Shown: piece after piece, positions 36,795 to 46,858 of the stretch
How the letters are laid out: each line of letters starts with the position of its first letter
Position numbering within the stretch: position 1 is the stretch's first letter
Assembly (NCBI GenBank): GCA_030696105.1
Contig: JAUYNJ010000005.1
Coordinates: forward strand, 77,678 to 141,677
DNA length: 64,000 bases
Direction: 5' to 3'
Source: a bacterium
GTDB taxonomy: Bacteria; Patescibacteriota; Patescibacteriia; Patescibacteriales; UBA12465
Program-made: the position numbers and the translations under genes
The notes under the pieces: generated by a model
The model's database searches: none
Told to the model about the DNA's origin: nothing
Seen by the model: only the letters and a program-made list of their open reading frames with translations

Positions 36795-38010
36795 ATTTCC
36801 TCTTCACGTTTAATGTTTCTTCGTATATTTTTATTAACTGCTCGTAGTGCCAGTTCTCATCTTTACTCAGGCGGCTCTCCCTGGCTTTTTGGCCCATCCT
36901 TCTGGCCGCATCCTCATCAAGTTTATCTAAACAGGCACTGAGCTCCTGGTGGTTATTAGCGGTAAATAGCAGTCCGTCGTCACCATCTACAACCAACTCT
37001 TGCAGGCCGCCGATTTTAGCGGCGATGACTGCTTTACCAGACATCATGGCTTCAATGCCCGCTAAGGGCATATTCTCAGGCCAGCGCGATGGTATAACCA
37101 CCGCTCGCGACTCATCGATTGTTTGTTGTAGCTGACTGCCGCCGAGTTTGCCCGTGAACTTTACATTCACCCCCAACTCGGTCGCGAGTTGTTTAAGATT
37201 TTCTTCAGCCTTCCCTTCACCGGCGATGACTATTTTTGCCCTTGATAGTGCAGCCGCTCGTAGCAAGGTATCAATTCCCTTTTCTTCTTCCAAGGCGCCA
37301 AAGTATAAGAAATAGTCGCCGTAGGTATTGGTTGGTGTCGCATTAGAAATGGAGCCAATATTCTCTAGTATTCGAAACTGCTCTTTATGCCAGCCAAACT
37401 CAACACAAACATCACGCATAAAACGACTTGGAGCGATAAACAATTTTACCTTATCGCGATATATGTGCTTGATGGTGTGATGGACGTACATCTCGATGGC
37501 TGCTACCGCGCTTTTACCGGAACTGTTTTCGACACAGCGGTGAGCAATACACTGCCAATATTTCTGTTTCTGACAACGTCGACATTCTTGGCCCTGAGCA
37601 TATAGCTTATAGTTGGGGCAAATGAGCTTGTAGTCGTGCAAGTGCATGGTAACGGGAACCTTGGCGCTCTTAGCGGCTTCAAGAATGGAAGGCGATAACT
37701 GATGGTAGATGTTATGGCAATGAATCAGATCGGGCTTAAAATCTATCAGTAGACGCGAAAACTGACGCTTTGCTTCCCGGTTATATATTATTTTAGAAGC
37801 AACACTAAGTTGGTCTAGTAATTTTGTGGCGTGTAAATTAACGTGTTCAGAAAAGAAATTCGAATCAGCCGAAGGTAGATTGAGTGCCGACGACATCGCA
37901 AAAACTCGGACTTCGTGCCCCTTAGAACGCAGCAATTTTTCAAGATATAGAAAATATTTATCGGCGCCCCGATTAGGATAATAGAACTTGTTGACCAGCA
38001 GTATTTTCAT
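36793..38010 (-). CDS. Glycosyltransferase family 4
   Basis: MKILLVNKFYY..GA; LHDYKLICP; WPENMPLAGIEAM. Confidence 0.93.
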   Translation of the reverse strand: MKILLVNKFYYPNRGADKYFLYLEKLLRSKGHEVRVFAMSSALNLPSADSNFFSEHVNLHATKLLDQLSVASKIIYNREAKRQFSRLLIDFKPDLIHCHNIYHQLSPSILEAAKSAKVPVTMHLHDYKLICPNYKLYAQGQECRRCQKQKYWQCIAHRCVENSSGKSAVAAIEMYVHHTIKHIYRDKVKLFIAPSRFMRDVCVEFGWHKEQFRILENIGSISNATPTNTYGDYFLYFGALEEEKGIDTLLRAAALSRAKIVIAGEGKAEENLKQLATELGVNVKFTGKLGGSQLQQTIDESRAVVIPSRWPENMPLAGIEAMMSGKAVIAAKIGGLQELVVDGDDGLLFTANNHQELSACLDKLDEDAARRMGQKARESRLSKDENWHYEQLIKIYEETLNVKRK

Positions 38011-38077
38011 AATTTCTTTACCTTTTGAAAATATTAGGCTAAAATTATATTAATAATATCCTAATTATAACACAAAG

Positions 38078-39445
38078 ATGCAGCTAGCTCAATTTCAGAT
38101 GCCGACAAGCTCTGAGAAACAGTTTAAGTTAATCATGCTGGTGCCACTTATATTGGCGGCATTTGTGATACCTTTTCTGTCTATGGCTACCCCTGATAAA
38201 CTTTTAAGTTTATCAATCTTGTGTATTCTCGGTCTCGGCATTTTTAATTTGCGTGCAGCTTTCTTACTTGTTATTTTTTTGCGACCTTTAATTGACCTGA
38301 CGGTTAACCGTGTGTTATTTAGCGTCAACGATATCACAGTTAATGTCCTTAGTGTTTTTGGTCTTACTTTGATTTTGTTGGCTTTCTTATTACCCCTTCA
38401 ACACGGCTTTAGTTTTAAGGCCTTAAGAAAGGAGCCAATTTTTTACTCATGGATCTTGTTTATCGCCATTGGATTTATTTCTTTGTTCTCCTCTTTTTAC
38501 CCGTCTGAGACGATAAAGGAGCTGTTGCGATTTTTAAGCATTTTTGCTGCATTTGTTTTTGGCGTATTTTTGTTTGCTTCTCCTAAGCAGATGGAGGTAT
38601 TAATTAAAGTGCTTATTTGGTCGGCGCTTCCTACTGCCATACTATCTTTAAATCAAATAATTAATTCAACCGGCCTTCCTGAGGGCACGATTTATCGCGT
38701 GTTTGGTAGTATGACTCACCCAAACATGCTTGCCTTCTATCTCTTGTTGCCAATTTTTCTTTGCGTTTTCTTGCTTTTGAGTTTGAAGCGGACGCGACTT
38801 GATGTTTATTTATATTCCTTCCTTGGCTTGTTCTATATTACTATTCTGTTTTTTACCTATACCCGCGGCGCCTATCTCGCACTGCTCGTTACTTTTCTAA
38901 TTGTTGGTGTCGTTAAGTTTAAGAAATTTCTTGTCGTTGGAGCCTTCGTCCTACTCTTTGCCTATATTGTTACACCTTCTCTTCAAGAGCGCTTTAATAG
39001 TATTTTTCAGGCCAATCCCTATGGATCACTCAGCTGGCGCATAAGTCTCTGGCGAGACGGTTATAATTATTTTCTTGATCGCCCTTGGCAAGGATACGGA
39101 CTTGGTACTGCCGAAAGGATTGTGGCGGCTAATCGCGACTTTAGACTTGGCTCCCCTGACCCGCATAATGATTATTTACGTATTGCTTTAGACGGCGGCC
39201 TTCCTTTGCTCGCTGCCCATTTGCTCACCGCATTCTTGCTAATCTGGTTCGCAGCTCTAGCATTTTTCAGGGAGCATCGTCCTAAGCTTAAAAACTTCTT
39301 TCTGTTCTTTGCCGCTTTTTCCCTTTCAGTATACTTAGCGGCCTTCGGTGACAATATTATCAATGACACTGCCTTACAATGGCACTGGTGGACTCTAGCG
39401 GGGGCGGCCCTGGCTGTCGTTAGGCGTCGAGCAGATTTTGTTTAA
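38078..39445 (+). CDS. O-antigen ligase/Wzy-like membrane protein
   Basis: Many TM helices; RVFGSMTHPN, TYTRGA, GYGLG, PHNDYLR. Confidence 0.88.
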   Translation: MQLAQFQMPTSSEKQFKLIMLVPLILAAFVIPFLSMATPDKLLSLSILCILGLGIFNLRAAFLLVIFLRPLIDLTVNRVLFSVNDITVNVLSVFGLTLILLAFLLPLQHGFSFKALRKEPIFYSWILFIAIGFISLFSSFYPSETIKELLRFLSIFAAFVFGVFLFASPKQMEVLIKVLIWSALPTAILSLNQIINSTGLPEGTIYRVFGSMTHPNMLAFYLLLPIFLCVFLLLSLKRTRLDVYLYSFLGLFYITILFFTYTRGAYLALLVTFLIVGVVKFKKFLVVGAFVLLFAYIVTPSLQERFNSIFQANPYGSLSWRISLWRDGYNYFLDRPWQGYGLGTAERIVAANRDFRLGSPDPHNDYLRIALDGGLPLLAAHLLTAFLLIWFAALAFFREHRPKLKNFFLFFAAFSLSVYLAAFGDNIINDTALQWHWWTLAGAALAVVRRRADFV

Positions 39446-39512
39446 TTGCATTTCGTATTTTTTAAAAGCCTGTATTTGTTATACAGGCTTTTGTTATGTG
39501 CGAGCGTCACTA

Positions 39513-40604
39513 TTACTTAGTGCGCTTAGTTCCGTCTTTATATTCGATATGGCTTTTTTTCTCAGTCAAACTAACGAAGACTGTGCCGTTCTCGAAGGCG
39601 CGACTGATGAAACCTTTTTCGATTTTGGCGATTCCCTTTGGCTTGCCGAGCTTCAGGTCAAACTTTTTATCATACATCGTGTTCTGCCCGACACAGAGAA
39701 AGAGATTATCTCTTAATCTTGCGCTGCAAGCACCGTAGAAATAATCCTCGGTACGCGGATTGACGATGGCGAATTTGAAGTTACTGGCGATACTTAAATT
39801 TGTACGTAAGTCGCTTCTTCCGCCGAGGTTATGATACTCGTAAGGAAAGTCCTCGAGCTGTTTACAGTCTGTTTCTTTGATATAGCTTAGGTTGCCAGGA
39901 TTTGTGATGATAAAGAAATCTTTACCCTTGGCCTTGCGGATTGTTTGCAAGTAAGTGCGCATACCGCTGGTCCAAGTTTTATTAATTTCTTTATAATTAC
40001 GATCCGGTTTTCCATTAGCGTCAAAGTCGAAGCCTCTATTACCCCTATAAGTTGCGAGCCAGCTAATACCGACGGAATCATCACCCCAAGCGTTATCAAC
40101 TAAACAGCCATTAATGCGGGGGTCATCAAGGATTTCGAGATATTTCGAAGCAATCCATTCATGGTAGTTTTTGCCGTCATATTTTGGGCTATCACTACGC
40201 ATATCTAGCGCTTTCATGCCCTTCCAAGCACCGATGTTTTTGCCGTCAGGTTGTTTGATCCACCATTGCGGCTTTTTCTTCAGCTCTGCGAGTAGCTTTA
40301 TACTCCACGGTTTGTCCGGAAACATAGGGTCGAATATCTCTGTTTGATTGAGATAAACATAGAGCTGAAGTTCTGCGTTTAGTTTCAACATAGCATCAAT
40401 AACTCGTGGGTTATTGATGAAGTTCTCATAGTCTAAGACTATAAAATCATAGGGCGCGAGTCCTATGGCCTGAGCGTCAGTCATCGTGGGCAAGTACCAA
40501 AGTACACCCATGTACTGTTTTTCTGGTCGGAGTGTCTTAAAGGTTAGCGATATATGCAGCATAGCCGCGATAAATATCGTTGCAAGAAGCGTTATTTTCT
40601 TCAT
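39513..40604 (-). CDS. Secreted putative glycoside hydrolase, divergent paralog of 18542-20536
   Basis: Aligns by eye with the N-domain of 18542 (NNP.....KLN, DN.WGD, DFD..G, R.F.NG). Confidence 0.7.
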   Translation of the reverse strand: MKKITLLATIFIAAMLHISLTFKTLRPEKQYMGVLWYLPTMTDAQAIGLAPYDFIVLDYENFINNPRVIDAMLKLNAELQLYVYLNQTEIFDPMFPDKPWSIKLLAELKKKPQWWIKQPDGKNIGAWKGMKALDMRSDSPKYDGKNYHEWIASKYLEILDDPRINGCLVDNAWGDDSVGISWLATYRGNRGFDFDANGKPDRNYKEINKTWTSGMRTYLQTIRKAKGKDFFIITNPGNLSYIKETDCKQLEDFPYEYHNLGGRSDLRTNLSIASNFKFAIVNPRTEDYFYGACSARLRDNLFLCVGQNTMYDKKFDLKLGKPKGIAKIEKGFISRAFENGTVFVSLTEKKSHIEYKDGTKRTK

Positions 40605-40661
40605 TTTCTGTTTTTTTTGTTTAATTGTTAAAGAATTTCCGTTAATCTTAATATAAAAAGA

Positions 40662-42578
40662 TTAATTAGTCAATATTTGGAAATTCTGTGAGCTTTCCAG
40701 TTGTCCTGACCAATCTGCTCCCTGCCCCCCTTTTTCAGATATTGGGCTTGAGCTAATAATCTCTTTAACGGGCTCTATTGATACATTCAAGCTTTCAATT
40801 CTACTTCCCGGTTGTCTCTGCACATAGAGTGTATAAACTTTGTCGTCAGTCAGGCGCTGGCCTAAGCTTGGCGGTAGCTCATAATTAACACTGACCTGGC
40901 GACTGCTGCCTGGTTCTACGCTCCAGAAAAAACCAAACACGTGCTTGCCCAGTGCGTCGTCATCATAGCTGGAAACATCGGTCTCGCTGTTGTTTAAGCC
41001 ATCAATACTGATTAATTTGCTACCAAGAGGCGCGAGTACGCGTGTATAGCTCCGATACCTCGTTGTGCGCCAGTCAAAGCCACCATCATGACGATAGTTT
41101 AAGGTGGCAGTGGCCTGCAAGCTTGCTCCTTGTTTAAGCTTGTATGAAATTCTTTTCGACATCACGGCGTCACTTTTAAAAGCAGCGAGATTGGCGTCAA
41201 CAACCATCAGGTAATCACCACTCACTGTCTCTATGCTTCCATCCGCTCCAAGAGCAGTGGCAACGGTTTGTCTTCCGGGATTACCAAAGTACATTAGCAA
41301 ATCTCCTCTGGTTATACTTTTGGTAATGACTTCGGCGAGCTCGGGGTAACGACTTAGCGGCAGGCTCATTAATCTATCTTTTAGTTCTGATATTAAGTCA
41401 TTAATAATATCCTTTCTATCCCAGGAAGAAATGTCATCATCTTTGTAAGCTATTTCAACATTGTACTGTAATAGCGCTTGCATGTTTTCCGGTGCATACG
41501 TTTCGCCTCTGACTGTAATTGGTCCGGTGAGCCGCAAGAGGTTGGCAACTAAGTCTGGTGTGATAGCGAGTACGCCATCAAGCGCCGGTTCGCTTTGTCC
41601 GGCGGCCGCGCTTTCTAGGGCATACATTTCCTTAATTAGGCGCGCTGATGTTGGCCAATCAGGTGACCAGTTTGAGTCACGCAGGTATAAGTTTTTAACG
41701 TTTAAATAACTTGTTATCGGTGTCGGTGCTTCATAAACTACTTTACCAATTGAGGGCATGTCAAGATGGTAAATATCATTAGCTTCAAGTTTTTTAATTT
41801 CACCGAAATCCGCAATATCAACACGCACATAACTGCCTAAGAAGCCGCCCGTCGGCCTGAGTTCGTCATTGTTTTGCAGCATGATTAAGTAATGCACTTG
41901 TGATGGGTAGCCGGTAAAAGCGGGCAGAAGCCGCATTATTGGAATAGAGCGCGCTAAAAGGATTTTTCCGGCTGCTAACTGATCCCGTATCTCGTCTAGA
42001 CGCTTATTAAAGGGTGAAAGGATGCCGTAGCGATGAATACGATCAAGATTATAGATTGCTAAACTCACATTTGCCTTCAGGCCATTTAATTCGGGTTCAA
42101 GGGCAATTAAGCTTTGTAGGATTGCTGCCTTGCGTTCAGTGCTCAAATCTCCAAATTTACCCTGTCCTAGAGCAGCTAAATCAAGATTTGAGGCTAAATC
42201 AGCTGCCTGAGCCGCGCTGGCGGAAATAATTAAGGCGCTGTCATTTAAGTGCTGCAAATCATTAAGCTGCGCTCTGCCTAAACCAATTCTGGCTGGTAGC
42301 CAGGATGTGCGTAAAGCCTCAATTTCTTGAGCACTGGCGGTGAATGCACTTTGTCCTTGTTCTAATTTCACCTTAGCCTCATCCCAGTTCTGAGCTCGAA
42401 AATCGTTCAGCGCGAGGTTTAATAAACTCTGTCCGCGCATGGCTTCAGCGGCAAAGCCTTGCCAGTGCTTCCAGCTGATAAGAAAGCTAATAACAACCAC
42501 AAAAAAAATCACCCCTAGGGCAATCAAAAAGTAGCGCAAAAAAGTCTTCACATAAACTAACCAGTGTGTGTTTGTCAT
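40662..42578 (-). CDS. DUF4012 domain membrane-anchored protein
   Basis: YLIMLQNNDELRPTGGFLGS, RDSNWSPDWPTSA. Confidence 0.88.
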   Translation of the reverse strand: MTNTHWLVYVKTFLRYFLIALGVIFFVVVISFLISWKHWQGFAAEAMRGQSLLNLALNDFRAQNWDEAKVKLEQGQSAFTASAQEIEALRTSWLPARIGLGRAQLNDLQHLNDSALIISASAAQAADLASNLDLAALGQGKFGDLSTERKAAILQSLIALEPELNGLKANVSLAIYNLDRIHRYGILSPFNKRLDEIRDQLAAGKILLARSIPIMRLLPAFTGYPSQVHYLIMLQNNDELRPTGGFLGSYVRVDIADFGEIKKLEANDIYHLDMPSIGKVVYEAPTPITSYLNVKNLYLRDSNWSPDWPTSARLIKEMYALESAAAGQSEPALDGVLAITPDLVANLLRLTGPITVRGETYAPENMQALLQYNVEIAYKDDDISSWDRKDIINDLISELKDRLMSLPLSRYPELAEVITKSITRGDLLMYFGNPGRQTVATALGADGSIETVSGDYLMVVDANLAAFKSDAVMSKRISYKLKQGASLQATATLNYRHDGGFDWRTTRYRSYTRVLAPLGSKLISIDGLNNSETDVSSYDDDALGKHVFGFFWSVEPGSSRQVSVNYELPPSLGQRLTDDKVYTLYVQRQPGSRIESLNVSIEPVKEIISSSPISEKGGQGADWSGQLESSQNFQILTN

Positions 42579-43222
42579 AATGTAGTATTTACACTTTCAT
42601 CTTCACTTGGTTCGATGACCTTAAGATGTCGGCTCTGTCTTATTTTATGTAAGAAAATGTCGTTAATTTGTGTACGATAATCATATTCATCTTCATCCAT
42701 TAAGGTGTAGTTAATTTCTTTGTTTAAATCAGCTTCAAGAGTGTGCAGTCGTTTTAAGAAGGCATCTTTCTTGATTTTGCCGACTGCCAGTAAGTCAGTC
42801 GGTGAGCTCAGGTCACCCGTGAACAAGCCGCTCAGCCACATGCGTTTAATATCCCCGGCAGTGGAGACTTCCTTAATAAAATCGCGGCAGGATAGCAAAT
42901 TAGCTTTAGCAAACAAGCTTTTTAATTCATTAAATAATAGAAAGTCGCGATCAACTACTAAATATTTCTTTTCGTTCTTATTGACTTTAGTTTCAGTTTC
43001 ACCGCTTGCCTTCTTTTTAATACCCATGCTCTTTACAGCCGGAGCTTCCTCTAATTTTAAAAGACCGATGGCTTGGAGGTTTTCCAGTTCCCTTCTTACT
43101 GAGTTTACCTGAAGATCCAAGTCACGCGCCAATTGTCGAGTATAATATTTTTGTTCAGGCTTACTCAGAAAAGTCTTTAGAATTTTTACCCGAGCGTTTG
43201 AGCCAAAAATTTGAGCGAGCAT
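42575..43222 (-). CDS. Winged-HTH protein with degenerate nucleotidyltransferase-like C-domain
   Basis: FGSNARVKIL...RQLAR...NSVRRELENL; SGLF...TDLLAVG...EINY. Confidence 0.75.
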   Translation of the reverse strand: MLAQIFGSNARVKILKTFLSKPEQKYYTRQLARDLDLQVNSVRRELENLQAIGLLKLEEAPAVKSMGIKKKASGETETKVNKNEKKYLVVDRDFLLFNELKSLFAKANLLSCRDFIKEVSTAGDIKRMWLSGLFTGDLSSPTDLLAVGKIKKDAFLKRLHTLEADLNKEINYTLMDEDEYDYRTQINDIFLHKIRQSRHLKVIEPSEDESVNTTL

Positions 43223-43375
43223 ATTGTTGAATAATCGCTTATTTAGAGCGATAGGCGCCCTAACTTTAAAGTGATTTCAGGTCTTTTACTTTATTTCTTT
43301 ATGTATTTATAGTATAATATAAAGCGTGAAGAGTCAACCAAAATAGGCTCTTTTAGCGTAAGATTTAAGTTATCT

Positions 43376-45622
43376 ATGCATTACAAAATTGCCTCCTTAG
43401 TCCTTAATGCCAGTAAGCATTTAAACGGCTGCCGTGAAGTTCACATCACACAGCCTGATGCCGTCAAAGAAAATTTGGCCGGCAAGCTTTTTATTTTAGC
43501 AGAAATTGACGGCAAGAAGACCGAGGTTAAGAAGGTAACCGATTTTATCTCTGAGAGTTTAGATGAATTTTATTATAATGATGAAAAGATATTTCTGCTT
43601 GATAAGATTGAAGGCTTAACTCTGGAAAATATTTTTGAAGCAGCGCTCGCTAAGCTTAATAAGGCTTTACTTGAATTCCTGGCAGAAGAAAAAATTCATT
43701 TACACGCTGAAGATACAAACTTAGTCATTGGTCTCTTGTTTGAAAACAATTTGTACTTCTCTAATTTTGGTCGCAACAAGGCCTTCTTAATTTACAAACG
43801 GCAGGATGATTACGATATTATTAACGTTGAAACGAGCGCGTCTGACGCTGAAGATAATAGCGTCTTAAGCTCTGCTGGTCCTAAATTCTTCTCCTCGGTT
43901 ATTACTGGTAAAATACCGCCCTCTTCATATTTCTTATTCTGTAATGAGGTTTTGCCTGAGTATTTATCAAATAAAGACTTAATAACCATTATCACCAAGT
44001 TGCCACCGATGGTGGCAGCTGAGCAGATTAAAAGCGCCTTAAGTAAGGTAAATACATACGTTCCCTTCCTTGGCATTATCGTAAAAAATACCTATGGCTT
44101 ATCGGCCTCTGACTTAAAAGAAGATTTAGGTACAGAAATTTCACAATCAGCACATAATTCAATTTCGCATTTGAATTATACAGAGAGAAGGACCGAACAA
44201 ATGCTGGCCCCGGCTGGTTTGGTAAACTGGAGTAAATTCGGTAAGTTTTTTGCTCGTGATAAAAAAAAGACCGCAAACAAAAGTGCATTGAAAATGAAAT
44301 CCTCCTCTGATTCCGTTGCCAGTCTGCCACCGCTTAGTCGTCAAATGACGGTTTCCGCCTCACGGATGATTAAGGAAAAAATGGCTTTTGGTCGCAGTCA
44401 CTCAAATATTATCGACGGTTTTAAAACGGTGGGCATGACGCTAATAAATATCTTTAATCCGATTTTTTGGAAGCAATCATATTCTCGAGGACGTGTTTGG
44501 TTAAGTTCGCTCCATCCTCGCAGTCGTTCAATGTTCATACTCCTTGGCGCGGTTGCTGTCATTCTTGTCGGTAGCATTGTTTTAACTGTAATAAATAACG
44601 GTAAAAAGGCTAGTGCTGAGGAATTTGTGCGCATGGTCGATGATCTTGAAGAAAAGAAAAGCATGATTGAGTCATATCTTTTATATGACAATCAGGAAGG
44701 CGCTAAAACAGTTATCGGCCAAAGCTTGGCGGCTATTGATGCGATTGTAGTTAAGGGTGATGAGCAAACGGCCCAGCGCGATAAATTAAGATCAGAACTC
44801 GAGGTTCTGAGAGCTAAGGTACAGAAGCTAACTACCGTTGAAAACCCGGAGCTTCTTGGTGACTTCAATTCTAATAATACTTCAGCGGAAACTCGTAATT
44901 TAATTATAGATGGTGACAAAGCATATGCAGCCGACCCCGCCGGAAAAGCAGTCTACACTTTAGACTTAAAAAACAAAACTGTAGCAAGCCTCTTAATTAA
45001 CGGCGACATTAGCGCTCTTGATAAGCCAGTTGTTTGGGAAGATTTTATTTACTATTTAAATGCAAATCAATTAATTAAATTGAATCCGGAAAACGGCACC
45101 AACTCAATTCTTAGCATCGCTAACGTTGGCGCTGACGACAGAATTGATGCTTTCCAATTCTACAATAATACCCGCGACTATTTATATCTGCTCATGGCTG
45201 ATGTCAGTAAGTTATATCGCCTAAGCCCTGGCGCCGGTGGTTACACTGGTCGCATTGATTGGATGAATGATGAAACTGCTTTAGGCGACGCAGTTTCGAT
45301 GGCCATCAATAATGATATCTTTGTGCTCCGTGGTAATGGTCAAATTACTCGACTGAAGGCTGGTCGTCGTGTTGACTTCGCATTAGAGTCAATTGATCCT
45401 AAACTCGAGAATGCTTCCTTACTACGTGAAGTAAATAGCAAGCTTTATATTCTTGATAAGAATAGCAAGCGCTTATTGATATTTAACTTCGAGGGTAAGC
45501 TTATCTGGCAGTACCGTTTGTCGAGCCTTAATAATATTAAGGACTTCAGTCTAAGCGCTGATCAAAAAACCGCTTACTTCTTAAACGACAATTCCCTTTA
45601 TCAAATATCTCTTGAGAGATAA
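43376..45622 (+). CDS. Hypothetical bitopic protein (PP2C-like N-domain, TM, coiled coil, beta-propeller)
   Basis: 748-aa ORF; GKLFILAEI, FSNFG..KAFL, FLFCN; TM near residue 390-405; repeated YxxD strand units. Confidence 0.65.
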   Translation: MHYKIASLVLNASKHLNGCREVHITQPDAVKENLAGKLFILAEIDGKKTEVKKVTDFISESLDEFYYNDEKIFLLDKIEGLTLENIFEAALAKLNKALLEFLAEEKIHLHAEDTNLVIGLLFENNLYFSNFGRNKAFLIYKRQDDYDIINVETSASDAEDNSVLSSAGPKFFSSVITGKIPPSSYFLFCNEVLPEYLSNKDLITIITKLPPMVAAEQIKSALSKVNTYVPFLGIIVKNTYGLSASDLKEDLGTEISQSAHNSISHLNYTERRTEQMLAPAGLVNWSKFGKFFARDKKKTANKSALKMKSSSDSVASLPPLSRQMTVSASRMIKEKMAFGRSHSNIIDGFKTVGMTLINIFNPIFWKQSYSRGRVWLSSLHPRSRSMFILLGAVAVILVGSIVLTVINNGKKASAEEFVRMVDDLEEKKSMIESYLLYDNQEGAKTVIGQSLAAIDAIVVKGDEQTAQRDKLRSELEVLRAKVQKLTTVENPELLGDFNSNNTSAETRNLIIDGDKAYAADPAGKAVYTLDLKNKTVASLLINGDISALDKPVVWEDFIYYLNANQLIKLNPENGTNSILSIANVGADDRIDAFQFYNNTRDYLYLLMADVSKLYRLSPGAGGYTGRIDWMNDETALGDAVSMAINNDIFVLRGNGQITRLKAGRRVDFALESIDPKLENASLLREVNSKLYILDKNSKRLLIFNFEGKLIWQYRLSSLNNIKDFSLSADQKTAYFLNDNSLYQISLER

Positions 45623-45633
45623 TTTACGGATAA

Positions 45634-45665
45634 CAAAAAGCCCGCTAGATAAGCGGGCTTTTTTG
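45634..45665. terminator. Bidirectional terminator
   Basis: AAAAAGCCCGCT-AGATA-AGCGGGCTTTTTT. Confidence 0.85.
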
Positions 45666-45680
45666 ATATATACGGTGTTC

Positions 45681-46100
45681 TTATTTCAAAGTTACTTTGC
45701 CGCCAGCTTCCTCTAATTTCTTCTTTAAAGCTTCAGCTTCGTCCTTCTTTAAACCTTCTTTTAAGACCTTAGGAGCGCCGTCTACTAAATCTTTAGCTTC
45801 CTTAAGACCCATTTCAGTTACTTCGCGAACAACCTTGATGACGCTGATTTTGTTTGCGCCAGCATCGGTCAATTCGACGTCGAAGCTATCCTTCTCTTCA
45901 ACAGCGGCAGCGCCTGCGCCAGCACCAGGAGCCATCATCATGGCAGGAGCAGCAGAGGAAACACCAAACTTTTTTTCGAGGATCTTTACTAATTCAGCAA
46001 GATCTAAAACGCTCATCTTTTCGATTTCGGTGACTAAGCTCTGGAACTTAGCCGGTACCACTACTTCTTCAGTAGCGTCATTCTTTGTTTCTTCGGACAT
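45681..46100 (-). CDS. rplL: 50S ribosomal protein bL12
   Basis: [41 protein letters not shown]. Confidence 0.98.
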   Translation of the reverse strand: MSEETKNDATEEVVVPAKFQSLVTEIEKMSVLDLAELVKILEKKFGVSSAAPAMMMAPGAGAGAAAVEEKDSFDVELTDAGANKISVIKVVREVTEMGLKEAKDLVDGAPKVLKEGLKKDEAEALKKKLEEAGGKVTLK

Positions 46101-46126
46101 AAATTTTGATAAAAATTATAAATTAA

Positions 46127-46651
46127 TTATTTTTTCTCACTTACAGCTTTTAATACATAAACGAGATTGCGGAGGTTGCCGGCTAATGCGTTAACAAAAC
46201 CGGAGACTGGGGCGTTAATAGAGCCCACCAACTTGGCATACAACTCAGTCTTACTTGGTAATTTAGCAACGGCTTCGATTTCTTCCTTTGAAAGCAGTTT
46301 GCCTTCGAGGATTCCGCCGAGGAAGTATAGCTTTTCAGCCTTATCCTTACGGAAAGTATCGATAACTTTTGCGGCTGCAACTTCATCTCCGTAGGAGAAA
46401 ACGGCTGCAATCTTACCATCAAGACTTTTTGAGTCCAAGCTGTCCAAACCTTGATTCTTAAAGGCAAGATTCAATAAAGTTTTCTTCGCAACGTAGTATT
46501 CGCCGTTTTCCTGACGTAACTGATCGCGTAAAGCTTCATTGTCCTTCACCCCTAAGGCGTTAAAGCCAGCAAAGACGATTGATTTGGCATCTCCAATCTT
46601 CTTTTGCAAGCTCCGCAGGATTTCCTGCTTCTGGACTTTGCTTTTTGGCAT
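46127..46651 (-). CDS. rplJ: 50S ribosomal protein uL10
   Basis: VAKKTLL, LGGILEG, AKLPSKTEL; directly upstream of rplL. Confidence 0.97.
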   Translation of the reverse strand: MPKSKVQKQEILRSLQKKIGDAKSIVFAGFNALGVKDNEALRDQLRQENGEYYVAKKTLLNLAFKNQGLDSLDSKSLDGKIAAVFSYGDEVAAAKVIDTFRKDKAEKLYFLGGILEGKLLSKEEIEAVAKLPSKTELYAKLVGSINAPVSGFVNALAGNLRNLVYVLKAVSEKK

Positions 46652-46702
46652 AATATTTTTATAAGCGTTTTTTAAGCGCTTGGTTTATAAGTACATTTAA
46701 AT

Positions 46703-46797
46703 AAAAAAATCTGTGGGACGACCACAGAGCATAAAATAAGCTAGTATTAGCTTCATTTACCTCGGCAAGACTTATCTTTATGCTTGCTGTCTATGGT
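46703..46797 (-). promoter_or_regulatory. L10 leader (uL10-binding RNA) with downstream attenuator terminator
   Basis: Minus strand ACCATAGACAGCAAG...CTTGCCGAGGT matches the L10 leader pattern; then TCTGTGG-TCGTC-CCACAGA-TTTTTTT. Confidence 0.85.
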
Positions 46798-46858
46798 AAT
46801 CTATTGATTTATGTTTATATATTAGCAGACTACACGCCTATGTCAAGGAGGATATGAA

